A stretch of 57,945 nucleotides of DNA from NCBI GenBank assembly GCA_002498455.1, contig DAHO01000087.1:1-57945 (forward strand). Reading direction: 5' to 3'. The position numbers were made by a program, and so were the translations under genes. Every line of letters begins with the position of its first letter. Within the stretch, counting starts at the first letter, position 1. Shown in pieces: positions 47,321 through 56,653 of the stretch. This DNA is from Euryarchaeota archaeon UBA602. GTDB taxonomy: Archaea; Thermoplasmatota; Poseidoniia; Poseidoniales; Thalassarchaeaceae. Under the pieces are notes generated by a model. That model had not been told where the DNA came from, searched no databases, and saw nothing but the letters and a program-made list of their open reading frames with translations.

Positions 47321-50020
47321 ATGAAGAGTAACTCGTATCGAGTGGTTTTGGTTAGCCTGCTGATGATTTTCTCAAGCCTCGCTGGATGTTTGGAAGGCGA
47401 TGAGGACAATGACAATCAAGTGAAATATGGAACGGTGATGGTTTCTACATATCACGTTGGAGAACTTGTGAATGCAATCGTTGGTAGCTCTGTGAATGTC
47501 GAAATGATGAGCGAGGACAACATCCCCGTGCATGACTACACACCGTCCGCTGAAGACAAAGTTCGACTACAAGGCGCGGATGTGTTCTTTTACCATGGCT
47601 TGGGTCTAGAGCCTTGGGTTGAAGAGACACTCGAATCCATGGGCGAAGCTGCACCAACTGCAATGAGTACGCATACCATGCCTGGAAATGAAGCAACACT
47701 CGACTATGAGGGGATGCTGATTTCAGAACTGTGTGAACTCCTCACCGAAGGTCCGTATGAAGCAACAACCCTTTCGATGGATGAAGAGGATGCTTCGGAG
47801 ATCCATGCTGAGTACGTAGCACACACACTTTCCTTCCCTGAGATGGATGATGACCATGGGGATGACGACCACGGTGATGACGACCACGGTGATGATGACC
47901 ATGGGGATGACGGCCATGATGATCATGGAGACCATGATGAGCACAACCATGCAGACCATGGACACGCAATTCCAGAAGAGACCATCGAAAATCCTGCAGG
48001 TTGCCCCGCTGATACTGTCATCTCAATCTTCCACATGGAAGAAGGGGAATATGTCTTGGAATTCGAAGAAGGGGACATTCACGAATTCAATATGTCTGTT
48101 CTGAAGATGAATGGTGGCCATGCTCACCACGACCACCATGGACACGGTGACCACGATGACCATGGTGATGACGACCACGGTGATGATGACCATGGTGATG
48201 ACGACCATGGTGATGACGACCACGGTGAACATGGTGATGACCATGATGACGATATGTCCGCGGAAGCGGCTCTGCAAATGTTTGATGCAGACAGTGATGG
48301 TTCTCTCTCATGGGATGAATTCTGGGCTGGATGGATGAGTAGTATGGATGATGACCATGATGATCATGGCGACCATGATGAACACTCTCATTCAGTGTCC
48401 GTACTGTATCCGGATAACACAACTGCAATGTTTGAGTTGGACCATGATATGTTGCCAGAAAACGCAACTGGATGGGACCTAACCAACATGACAATGACGA
48501 TGAACAATATCTCTCTGAATTACTCTGTACACGAAGTGTATGGTACCTCTGTGAATGGAATCAATGGAGTTGATTCTCCGGATGATTGGTCATGGTATTG
48601 GTCCTTGCAAATTTGGAATGAAACCAGTGAAGCATGGGAATCTAGCAGTGTTGGAATCGATTCAGTCATGTTGACGCATGATGACAACGATCACATTGCA
48701 TGGGCTGCATCAAATGCAGACATGTCCTTGCTAGAAGAGCCTGGACATGGAGACCATGACCCTCTTGAAGAAGCAATGGAAGAATACATGGCTAATATGT
48801 TGATGAATGCATTCAATACTTCTGATGCTGATGGAGACTCATTGTTGAGTATGACAGAACTTGAGAATTTCTTTGTGGCTATTGACGATATGGAAGAGGA
48901 ATTTGAGTCCGCTTCAACTGAAATCATGATTGCTGCATTTGATGCGGATGGGGATGGACAGTTATCCATGAGCGAGTTCATGAGTATGATGGGGACCATG
49001 GGTGAAGAAGATGGTGGCCACGATGAACACGATGATCACAGTGATGAAGAAATGATGGAAATGATGATGCAAATGATGTTCAACATGTCTGACATGAACA
49101 GCGATGGATTCCTTGACGCTTCAGAACTTGAAATGTTGATGGAAATGGGCGAGGATCACGCAGGACATGTGAAGATTCACATTGAAGCAGAAGGTGATTA
49201 CGGATTTGCTCTACCACACGATGTTGAATTCCACGTCATCATGGGAGAAGGTGGGCATGATGACCACGATGACCATGGTGACCACGATGATGACCATGAC
49301 GACCACGATGAAGATGACATGGTCTGTTACGACATGAGTACCCACACCGTAGATGCAACCCACACCACTGAGGCCGACTGTGAAGCAGCCGGCTTGATGT
49401 GGACCGCTGCAAACAGTGGACCCGGTGGCGATGATCATGATGACCACGGTGACGAGGATGACCACGATGACCACGCAGATGAGGAGACGTTGGATTACGA
49501 CCCCCACAGTTGGCTCGACCCGGTTGCATTCAAGGCACAAGTCGATGTTGTTCTTGCTAAGTTGATTGAGGTGTTCCCTGAAGGAGAGGCCACTTTCACA
49601 GAGAATGCTGAAGATTTCAAGGCAGAATTAGATGCGATTGATGATGCTTATGAAGCTGCATTTGGAGAAAATGGGACTTGCTCTGCAGAAAAGACTGTGG
49701 CTGCAAATCACAACGCTTACTCCTACATTGCAGTACGATATGACATCCAGTTCGTGACCGTACATGGCCTAGATCCAGAGGGTGATCCGTCGCCTGAGGA
49801 TATTGCCAATGTGGTGGCACATATCAACGAAGAGGGATTGACTGTCTTGTTTGTTGAAGAATATACTTCTGCATCATCAGTCGGTAGCATTGTACAAGAT
49901 ACGGGTGTAACCGTCCAATACCTGTATACTATGGAAATGGCACCAATTGACAGCAGCGATGACTACTTGTCATTGATGAACAAGAACCTCAACAACCTTG
50001 TCGCTGGTATGGGGTGCTAA
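47321..50020 (+). CDS. znuA: Zn/Mn-type ABC substrate-binding lipoprotein with very large His/Asp-rich, EF-hand and DUF4430-like insertions
   Basis: Lipobox LAGC, PVHDYTPS, YHGLGLEPW, DPHSWLDP, NHNAYSY, LFVEE and DDYLSLMNKNL; about 600 aa inserted in the His loop. Metal specificity is not established. Confidence 0.88.
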   Translation: MKSNSYRVVLVSLLMIFSSLAGCLEGDEDNDNQVKYGTVMVSTYHVGELVNAIVGSSVNVEMMSEDNIPVHDYTPSAEDKVRLQGADVFFYHGLGLEPWVEETLESMGEAAPTAMSTHTMPGNEATLDYEGMLISELCELLTEGPYEATTLSMDEEDASEIHAEYVAHTLSFPEMDDDHGDDDHGDDDHGDDDHGDDGHDDHGDHDEHNHADHGHAIPEETIENPAGCPADTVISIFHMEEGEYVLEFEEGDIHEFNMSVLKMNGGHAHHDHHGHGDHDDHGDDDHGDDDHGDDDHGDDDHGEHGDDHDDDMSAEAALQMFDADSDGSLSWDEFWAGWMSSMDDDHDDHGDHDEHSHSVSVLYPDNTTAMFELDHDMLPENATGWDLTNMTMTMNNISLNYSVHEVYGTSVNGINGVDSPDDWSWYWSLQIWNETSEAWESSSVGIDSVMLTHDDNDHIAWAASNADMSLLEEPGHGDHDPLEEAMEEYMANMLMNAFNTSDADGDSLLSMTELENFFVAIDDMEEEFESASTEIMIAAFDADGDGQLSMSEFMSMMGTMGEEDGGHDEHDDHSDEEMMEMMMQMMFNMSDMNSDGFLDASELEMLMEMGEDHAGHVKIHIEAEGDYGFALPHDVEFHVIMGEGGHDDHDDHGDHDDDHDDHDEDDMVCYDMSTHTVDATHTTEADCEAAGLMWTAANSGPGGDDHDDHGDEDDHDDHADEETLDYDPHSWLDPVAFKAQVDVVLAKLIEVFPEGEATFTENAEDFKAELDAIDDAYEAAFGENGTCSAEKTVAANHNAYSYIAVRYDIQFVTVHGLDPEGDPSPEDIANVVAHINEEGLTVLFVEEYTSASSVGSIVQDTGVTVQYLYTMEMAPIDSSDDYLSLMNKNLNNLVAGMGC
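47847..48250 (+). repeat. 15-bp coding tandem repeats (DDDHG) in two tracts
   Basis: GATGAYGACCAYGGK units at about 47847-47940 and 48155-48250; further degenerate tracts near 49255-49315 and 49430-49475. Confidence 0.85.
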
Positions 50021-50067
50021 TCGCCTAATCCGATCAAGTCGAATTGGCTGCATATGGGGCAACTTGT

Positions 50068-50847
50068 ATGCAGCCAATTCACCTTGTGGCTACCGGACAA
50101 AAAATCCTCAAAATTGAGGATTTATCCGTCTGTCGATCTGGAAAGACTGTCATCAAGGACATCAATCTAAACATCAGCAGGGGTGAATTTGTCGGTGTTG
50201 TCGGCCCGAATGGTAGTGGTAAATCGACATTGCTACTTGCAATCGTCGGAGCACTGAAATTAAATTCTGGTAGTATTCGAATCTATGGTCACCCCCCATC
50301 ATCTAGTCAACTGATGGGGCGAATTGGTTGGGTTTCACAAGCAGCATCCCATTTGCCAAAGCATGTACGAATTTCTGTTCGGGAATTGGTGAGTTTAGGT
50401 ACGCTAAGTGCAAAAACTGCATTTTGTCTGACTGACCAAGAACGTGTAAGTAAGGCCATTCAAATGGTGGGCTTAGAAGATGTACAAGATGTCGATGTCT
50501 CTCGACTTTCAGGGGGCCAGAGACAGCGAGCAGTGATTGCTAGGGCGTTGGCTTCTGAATCTGAGTTCATTCTACTCGATGAACCGTTGGTAGGAATCGA
50601 TCGTGATTCAAGAAATTCGTTGCTCAAGTTATTGGATAATCTCTGTCATGAAGAAAACAAAACAATTCTGATGGTGTCCCATGATTTGAGTGCAATACGG
50701 CAGACCGCTCACAGGATGATTTTCTTGGAGGAAACCATTCGCTTCGATGGGCCAACAGATCATTTCCCAAATTTGGACGTGCTTGCAGAATTGCGTGGAA
50801 TTAATCCTGCTAGTAGTTGTATTGAAGCAGATTCAATGGAGGAATAA
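50068..50847 (+). CDS. znuC: Metal ABC transporter ATP-binding protein
   Basis: GPNGSGKST, LSGGQRQR, ILLDEP and VSHDL. Confidence 0.92.
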   Translation: MQPIHLVATGQKILKIEDLSVCRSGKTVIKDINLNISRGEFVGVVGPNGSGKSTLLLAIVGALKLNSGSIRIYGHPPSSSQLMGRIGWVSQAASHLPKHVRISVRELVSLGTLSAKTAFCLTDQERVSKAIQMVGLEDVQDVDVSRLSGGQRQRAVIARALASESEFILLDEPLVGIDRDSRNSLLKLLDNLCHEENKTILMVSHDLSAIRQTAHRMIFLEETIRFDGPTDHFPNLDVLAELRGINPASSCIEADSMEE

Positions 50848-50849
50848 TC

Positions 50850-51791
50850 ATGGGGCTAGGTGTCGTTCTGATGGAACTTCTCATCCCAGTTTTTGAGTTA
50901 TTTTTACCTATTATACCTGGAGATGTATTCCCTTATTTCTTTGGAGGAACTGTCAGGGGATATCCCGTACTATCGCTTCAACGTGCACTTATTGCGGCTA
51001 TAGCCATGGCCATTGTTGCAGGGTATCTCGGGAATTTCCTCTTATTGCAAAATTTAGCATTGATTGGTGATGGCTTAGCACATGTTTCTTTCGGTGCTGT
51101 CGCGATTGCTTGGGTCATTCTTGGTGCTTCAGAACAACCCTTGCCCTATACATTAGCCATCACCTCCATTTGCGCGATTCTAATTCATGAATTGCAATAT
51201 AGAGGAATCCTCACCGGTGATGCTTCAATTGCGATATTTATGACTGGAATGCTTGGATTAGGCCTTGTTATCTTACGGATTGGCAAGGTGCCTTTACTCG
51301 ATTTTGAGGATTATTTGTTTGGCGACATATACACAATCACGGAGTGGCAACTAGATTTCATTGTAACCGCCTTACTCATTTCAATGATCATTCTGGCTTC
51401 AATTCGTCCTGCACTCCTAGCGATGATCATTGATCCTGTCTCAGCCAGAGTCCAAGGCATACCAACTCGGGCAATCGGTCTCGTATTCAGCGTCATTAGT
51501 GCGGTTGTAATTGTCAGTATGGTGAAAATTATCGGTGCACTACTGGTTACCGCGCTACTGGTCACCCCTGCAGCCACGGCTCAGTTGATCAGTCGCAGTT
51601 TCAAATCGTGTTTATTATGGACGCATTTTTTCGGATTGATTTCCGTCTTAGTCGGTCTATTCCTTTCGGCGGAAATGGGTACGGGGGGCGGTTCAATGAT
51701 TGCTGTAGTCGCCGCTGCAATCTTTGCTATCATTGCAATCGGAAAAAGCTCGTTGAGCACTTATTCTAAATTGAAGCATGGGCAAAATTAG
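50850..51791 (+). CDS. znuB: Metal ABC transporter permease (ABC-3)
   Basis: LIGDGLAHVSFGAVA, YLFGDI and IIGALLVTALLVTPAATA. Confidence 0.92.
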   Translation: MGLGVVLMELLIPVFELFLPIIPGDVFPYFFGGTVRGYPVLSLQRALIAAIAMAIVAGYLGNFLLLQNLALIGDGLAHVSFGAVAIAWVILGASEQPLPYTLAITSICAILIHELQYRGILTGDASIAIFMTGMLGLGLVILRIGKVPLLDFEDYLFGDIYTITEWQLDFIVTALLISMIILASIRPALLAMIIDPVSARVQGIPTRAIGLVFSVISAVVIVSMVKIIGALLVTALLVTPAATAQLISRSFKSCLLWTHFFGLISVLVGLFLSAEMGTGGGSMIAVVAAAIFAIIAIGKSSLSTYSKLKHGQN

Positions 51792-51857
51792 TCTCGAGTT
51801 TTAACTCAAGGCCGAAATCACCGAACCTTGAAGATGAGTTGCGCACGGCCGTAGGCC

Positions 51858-53744
51858 GTGGCAGACGAGGTGTTTGAGGCTGAACTCTTTGACGAGGACC
51901 TCAATGATGAGCGGCGAGAGCGCGTGCAGTTGAATGGGGCCATGGGTTCAACACTGGTCATCGTCGTCCTGTTTTTGGTGCTTGGAGCGACCATTGGGGT
52001 TCCTGAAGACATGATGGGAGTAAATGGAGGAGGGGCCACTCACTGGCTGCCACCGGTTGAAGATCGAACAACAAAAATTTACGATGACTCGGATGTATTC
52101 AGTCGTGTTTCTAAGGAGGGAATGTATGGTGTCTCTGAAGTCCAATCGGTCTTTGTGGCCGTTCCCGAAATCACCGTTGCCGATGGCGGAGCGGGAGCGA
52201 CTGGAGGTGCAGAGGTGCACCTTGGACTCTGGCTACCCAGCATTGAGGGTTGTGACTTCACGATCGATCCCGTACCCGAAGAATGCCGGGTACCTGTGAT
52301 TGCGGAAATCGGACCCTACTACGATGACGGTGATGTTGACGCCTTGACCCCAGCGGATCGTCTGGGTCGCTTCTTGATTGAAAATTTCGTCCCGCATGGA
52401 TATGGTGTTGCTCAAGTGAGCGTCTTTGGTACCGGTGAATCGAATCACTGCATGGACCTCATGGGACATGATGAACAAGCAGGAATCAAGGCTGCTGTTG
52501 ACTGGTTGGGCACTCAGCCTTGGTCGAATGGAAAAGTGGGTGCGATTGGAAAATCGTATGACGGTAGCACTCCTTGGAATGCTGCGGCAAGTGGTTCCAA
52601 GTATTTGTCAACCATCGTTCCGATGTCAGGTCTCATCGGCGTTCATGAATTGATGTGGCGCAATGGAAGCATGGAGGCACGTGGTGCCATCATGCACAAT
52701 GGAGTGTACGGTTCCTTTGGGCTAGATGGTGATTTGGAGGATGCCCAAAACGGCTGTGAGGGCTACATGGAAGGATACTATGCTGGTTTAGCAGCATATG
52801 CGACAGGCGATGATTTGTCATGGACCGGATCGGATTATTGGGAAGAGCGTTACTTCCTTGATCGTGCGATGGAGCTGTACGAGGGTTCGATATACATCAT
52901 CCATGGGATGCAAGACTGGAATGTTGATCCTCACATGGCCTTCCCTACTCACCAAATTGCAATCGACAATGGATTTGAGGTCAAGGGATTGTATGGACAA
53001 TGGATGCACGACTATCCCGATCGACCCGAAGGTCACGATGGAGGCATTGGTTTCCCTTGGTCTCTGCGTTGGGATTGGGCCGACGATTTGTTAGAATGGT
53101 TTGATTACTATCTGCGAGATATGGGTCCAAAGCCCAGGTTGATTGCTGAAATTCAAGACGACTTAGGAGGATGGAGAGTCGAGGATACCTATCCTCCATT
53201 GGATACCTACTGGAAACAAATGACTTTGGATGAATGTGAAGTCATCTCTGGTAGCAATACGGTGACATCGACGAGTGAAACTGTACTCGACTGTGGCACT
53301 GTAGAAGAAGACCTCCGAATAGTTGGTATGCCAACGATTCACTTGAGTGCCACCATCTCTCCACTCTGTATCCCAAGTCAAATCTCCTGCAGTGGGCACC
53401 TATTCGTCGATATGCAACGTGGTAGCGACGGTTCTCACCTCGGCCATGCCGTGATGGATTTGCGATTTGCAGATGGGGGGAAAGATGGCAAGATATTGTT
53501 CCCCGGAGAAACCGTTCTTGCGAAGATGGAATTCTTTGGAATGGACGTCGTACTCGAGGAGGGTGACAACCTGATTCTGGTAATCACTCAGACCGGGCGT
53601 GACTACGTGCCCAGCGCTGCGAGTACATTGCCAGTGACTGTATCCCTTGATGGAGAAAGTACACTTTCTCTTTCGACCGTGGATCGCACATGCAACGATT
53701 TGTTCTTGCCACCAATGCAAGATGCATATCCTCAGTGTGAATGA
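51858..53744 (+). CDS. Membrane-anchored CocE/NonD (S15 X-Pro dipeptidyl-peptidase-like) hydrolase
   Basis: IGPY, GTGES, WSNGKVGAIGKSYDG nucleophile elbow, HGMQDWNV, GQWMH and WFDYYL. Confidence 0.88.
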   Translation: MADEVFEAELFDEDLNDERRERVQLNGAMGSTLVIVVLFLVLGATIGVPEDMMGVNGGGATHWLPPVEDRTTKIYDDSDVFSRVSKEGMYGVSEVQSVFVAVPEITVADGGAGATGGAEVHLGLWLPSIEGCDFTIDPVPEECRVPVIAEIGPYYDDGDVDALTPADRLGRFLIENFVPHGYGVAQVSVFGTGESNHCMDLMGHDEQAGIKAAVDWLGTQPWSNGKVGAIGKSYDGSTPWNAAASGSKYLSTIVPMSGLIGVHELMWRNGSMEARGAIMHNGVYGSFGLDGDLEDAQNGCEGYMEGYYAGLAAYATGDDLSWTGSDYWEERYFLDRAMELYEGSIYIIHGMQDWNVDPHMAFPTHQIAIDNGFEVKGLYGQWMHDYPDRPEGHDGGIGFPWSLRWDWADDLLEWFDYYLRDMGPKPRLIAEIQDDLGGWRVEDTYPPLDTYWKQMTLDECEVISGSNTVTSTSETVLDCGTVEEDLRIVGMPTIHLSATISPLCIPSQISCSGHLFVDMQRGSDGSHLGHAVMDLRFADGGKDGKILFPGETVLAKMEFFGMDVVLEEGDNLILVITQTGRDYVPSAASTLPVTVSLDGESTLSLSTVDRTCNDLFLPPMQDAYPQCE

Positions 53745-53799
53745 TATTCTGGGGGTCTCCACCCGATGGGGGAGTCAAATGGATGAAGACCCGAGAATA

Positions 53800-54765
53800 T
53801 CAGACTTCTCTAGGGATGTGAGGTGCAGTTGGTCGAATCATTCGCAAAGTCTCGACTCGGATGACAACCAATGCTGCAAAAGCCGAAAGAACAACGGCTA
53901 GGATCCCGAATCCAGGTACAGTATTCGATGGTTCATCGTCTGGGGCAGGGGCCGCTGGAGGTGTACCGTTCCCAACAGTGATTGTACCTCGCATGTCCAT
54001 TGAGACGTGAGGTTCACACATGTAGTAGAATGTCTCATCTTCGGTAAATGTGTGGCGGAAGTCGACTGTCTCAGCAGCAGCTCCACTGTAAACTCCAGAC
54101 ATCTTTCGATAGTTGTCACTGGGACCACCGGTTTCGGCAACATTGTGACCCATCGACTCATCGCTCCATATCCAACAAACAGTGTCACCAACGTCAACTG
54201 AAATATCGGTTTGGTCGTATGCAAGACCCGAGTCATCGATGCCAATGACTGCTGCACATTCTGTCGTGTCAGGGGCGTCGGCTGGTGGCATCAATACCTT
54301 GTCAATGACATGAATGATTCCATTGGATGCCGTGACGTCTGCTGTGGTTACAGTAGCGTCAGCGACCATGACCGTTCCATCTGCTACTGTGAACGTGACA
54401 CTATCACCGTTGACCATCGTGGCAGACATGCCATCTGTCACATCTGCTGCAGCCACGGACCCCGAGTAGACGTGGTATGTGAGGATGTCAACAAGTGTTG
54501 CATTCTCTTCATCGGTGTCGAAGGTACTCAAATCAATTCCAGCAGCGGCGAAGGCGTCATCTGTCGGTGCAAACACCGTAAAGGGTCCGTCACCCTGTAA
54601 TGTACTGACTAAATCTGCATGTACCAAGGCATCGACCAATGAGTCATGGACTCCGGTATTTTGTGCATTGGTTGGGATGTCATCGTTCTCATCCGCGACA
54701 ACAGCTGGGGTTACCAGAAGGCTGGCGGTTACTAGCAGGGCTATTACTGAAACACTTCGGTTCAT
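53800..54765 (-). CDS. Fasciclin plus blue-copper (cupredoxin) surface protein with PGF-CTERM
   Basis: Signal peptide; FAS1 motifs GPFTVFAPTDDAF, ILTYHV and ASNGIIHVIDKVL; type-1 Cu ligands HNV...YMCEPHVSMDM; VPGF followed by a TM helix. Confidence 0.88.
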   Translation of the reverse strand: MNRSVSVIALLVTASLLVTPAVVADENDDIPTNAQNTGVHDSLVDALVHADLVSTLQGDGPFTVFAPTDDAFAAAGIDLSTFDTDEENATLVDILTYHVYSGSVAAADVTDGMSATMVNGDSVTFTVADGTVMVADATVTTADVTASNGIIHVIDKVLMPPADAPDTTECAAVIGIDDSGLAYDQTDISVDVGDTVCWIWSDESMGHNVAETGGPSDNYRKMSGVYSGAAAETVDFRHTFTEDETFYYMCEPHVSMDMRGTITVGNGTPPAAPAPDDEPSNTVPGFGILAVVLSAFAALVVIRVETLRMIRPTAPHIPREV

Positions 54766-54904
54766 AGCCACCCCGCATGATTTGGAGTACTAAAGGGAGT
54801 GTCTTCAACCACAACTAGAAAAAACGTGAGATTTCTAATTCTCATACCTATTCTTCGCGTGGGCATAAACATAACATTGACAACTGGTTTGCTTTCCGAC
54901 AACC

Positions 54905-55609
54905 ATGGCACAAAGCGAGGGTGCAATTCGACCGAAATTGCACGTCTTATTCACCTGCCCATTTTGCTGGAAGGTTCGGGGTTTGATCGAACACCTCGGA
55001 TTGGATGTGGATTATATCAGCGTTAATGGTATGCGGATTAAGAAAGATGTTGCATTCGCTGGAGATTGGGGTAAAGTACCCGTATTTACGGATGAAAGCG
55101 GTGAATATTTCGTTGATTCTACTCCGCTTCTGAAACATATTGATGCGGTGTACAATGACAGTAAAATGGCCAATATGGGTGATTCAGAACGTCAGGCTAA
55201 GTGGTTGGAATGGGCCGATACAACAATGTCAAAAGCAACTGTACCGATTTTGTACGGGACCTTAGGTTCTGCTCTAAAAACAACCACACGTATTTCCAAG
55301 ATTGAGAAGTTCGGCTTCTTCTCAAGGCGCCTGTACGCTTGGGCAGGATTCCCAATCATGTGGGGAATTATAGCAAGAAAGCGAGTCAAGAAAGATGGGC
55401 GGAAGCCGAAGCAGTTGTGGCATGATTTGTTGACTGAATTCACTGATGCTCACGAGGGGAGTGCCTTCTTTGGTGGGGATACTCCCGATTTGGTCGATTT
55501 TGCTGCCTTTGGGTACATGCGTTCAATCTCTCCCTTCCCGCAATTCTCACTTCTTGAAGATCATCAAGCCGGCATGGCTTGGTACAATCGAATGATGGCG
55601 GCGCTTTAG
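54905..55609 (+). CDS. Glutathione S-transferase / prostaglandin E synthase 2-like protein
   Basis: TCPFCWKVR, GKVPV, DS motif, FFGGDTPDLVDFAAFG and WYNRM. Confidence 0.8.
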   Translation: MAQSEGAIRPKLHVLFTCPFCWKVRGLIEHLGLDVDYISVNGMRIKKDVAFAGDWGKVPVFTDESGEYFVDSTPLLKHIDAVYNDSKMANMGDSERQAKWLEWADTTMSKATVPILYGTLGSALKTTTRISKIEKFGFFSRRLYAWAGFPIMWGIIARKRVKKDGRKPKQLWHDLLTEFTDAHEGSAFFGGDTPDLVDFAAFGYMRSISPFPQFSLLEDHQAGMAWYNRMMAAL

Positions 55610-55611
55610 AT

Positions 55612-55698
55612 TAGGTGAGAGAACACCGACGAAGACCAACGGTGTGACGAGCCGTGTGCCTGTGAGTCGATTGGAGGAGGACTGTCGATGTTCTCTAC
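55612..55698 (-). ncRNA. Candidate small RNA (~85 nt)
   Basis: 13-bp terminal stem (55684-55696 with 55618-55630, one U-G pair on the minus strand), TATA-like TTATA at 55727-55723, and internal UCCUCCUCC. Confidence 0.45.
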
Positions 55699-55729
55699 GA
55701 GCGTTTTCCATCTTGATTGGTCTATAATG

Positions 55730-55758
55730 AAAACCCCCAAAAATCGGCTTTTTGGGGG
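55730..55758 (-). terminator. Hairpin plus T-tract terminator downstream of the 55777-56631 gene
   Basis: Minus strand CCCCCAAAAA-GCCGA-TTTTTGGGGG followed by TTTT. Confidence 0.6.
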
Positions 55759-55776
55759 ATTTAATCGATAAATGAA

Positions 55777-56631
55777 TCAGTCGGAGATTGTCGTGACTTG
55801 AAACTCTTGACCGCGGATAAGAGTCAATGAGACTAAGAAACCCATGAGGCCAAGACAACAGCCAACCCAGAAATGGCCCATTGAAAAGAATCCTGTGACT
55901 GTCGCGGTTCGAATCAGTCCTGGGCTCCTTGCCCGCAGACCAAGCAAGGTTAGGGCAATCGTAATCGATGCTAATCCGACGAAACCTGTCCCAAACATGT
56001 CGTACAATGCGGCTGCAGTTTGATCATACAATTGCGTTTCATTTTTCCTCTGGGATTCACTCAAATCAATCCACTTACTGCCATCGGACAATTCCGATGC
56101 GTTCGAAAACTCAGATTCTTCAGGCCACTCAAAGGTCAGTTTGGTGAAGCCAATCGGTTCAAATGCTGCCGGTGGATTGAGAATGACAAGATTGGTGAAA
56201 ATATTGCCTTCGGGAGATTCGATGTCTACAACCATTTGTCCGGGGTCTAAGGCTTCCAAGCGGAATGTGCCATCATCCGATGTATTCGTTCGAACGTTAT
56301 TTCTGGAAGTCAAATGACCGACAACTGTGAAATTTTCTAGGGGTTCACCGTTCTCATCAACCACCAATCCTGTGAGGATGGCGGATTCGGTTGGGGCACC
56401 GTCTGCCTGTGCGTGAATCAGTTGTCGATGACGATATATGCCCTCATCTGCATCAAGATAATCCAATCCCACATACAGTCCGGAGCAAGCTGCCAAAAGG
56501 GCTAACAAAGCGGCAAACAATGCTGCACTGGGCAATGGTTGATTCACAGGGACCTCCAATCGAGCTCCTGAATTCTGGAACACCGTTTGCTCCTCAGGAG
56601 GCAGTCCTTGCAAGACCTGTTCATCCGACAC
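55777..56631 (-). CDS. Membrane protein with carboxypeptidase-regulatory-like (transthyretin-fold) domain
   Basis: TM helix, LTGLVVDENGEPL...TSDDGTFRLEALDPG, then C-terminal TM helices. Confidence 0.75.
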   Translation of the reverse strand: MSDEQVLQGLPPEEQTVFQNSGARLEVPVNQPLPSAALFAALLALLAACSGLYVGLDYLDADEGIYRHRQLIHAQADGAPTESAILTGLVVDENGEPLENFTVVGHLTSRNNVRTNTSDDGTFRLEALDPGQMVVDIESPEGNIFTNLVILNPPAAFEPIGFTKLTFEWPEESEFSNASELSDGSKWIDLSESQRKNETQLYDQTAAALYDMFGTGFVGLASITIALTLLGLRARSPGLIRTATVTGFFSMGHFWVGCCLGLMGFLVSLTLIRGQEFQVTTISD

Positions 56632-56653
56632 AATCTTGGGAAAATATCGTCTC

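Noticed and set aside
47723-49540. His-rich, Met/Thr-rich and Val/Ile-rich ORFs overlapping znuA
   Set aside because: Alternate-frame readings of the DDDHG repeat tracts.
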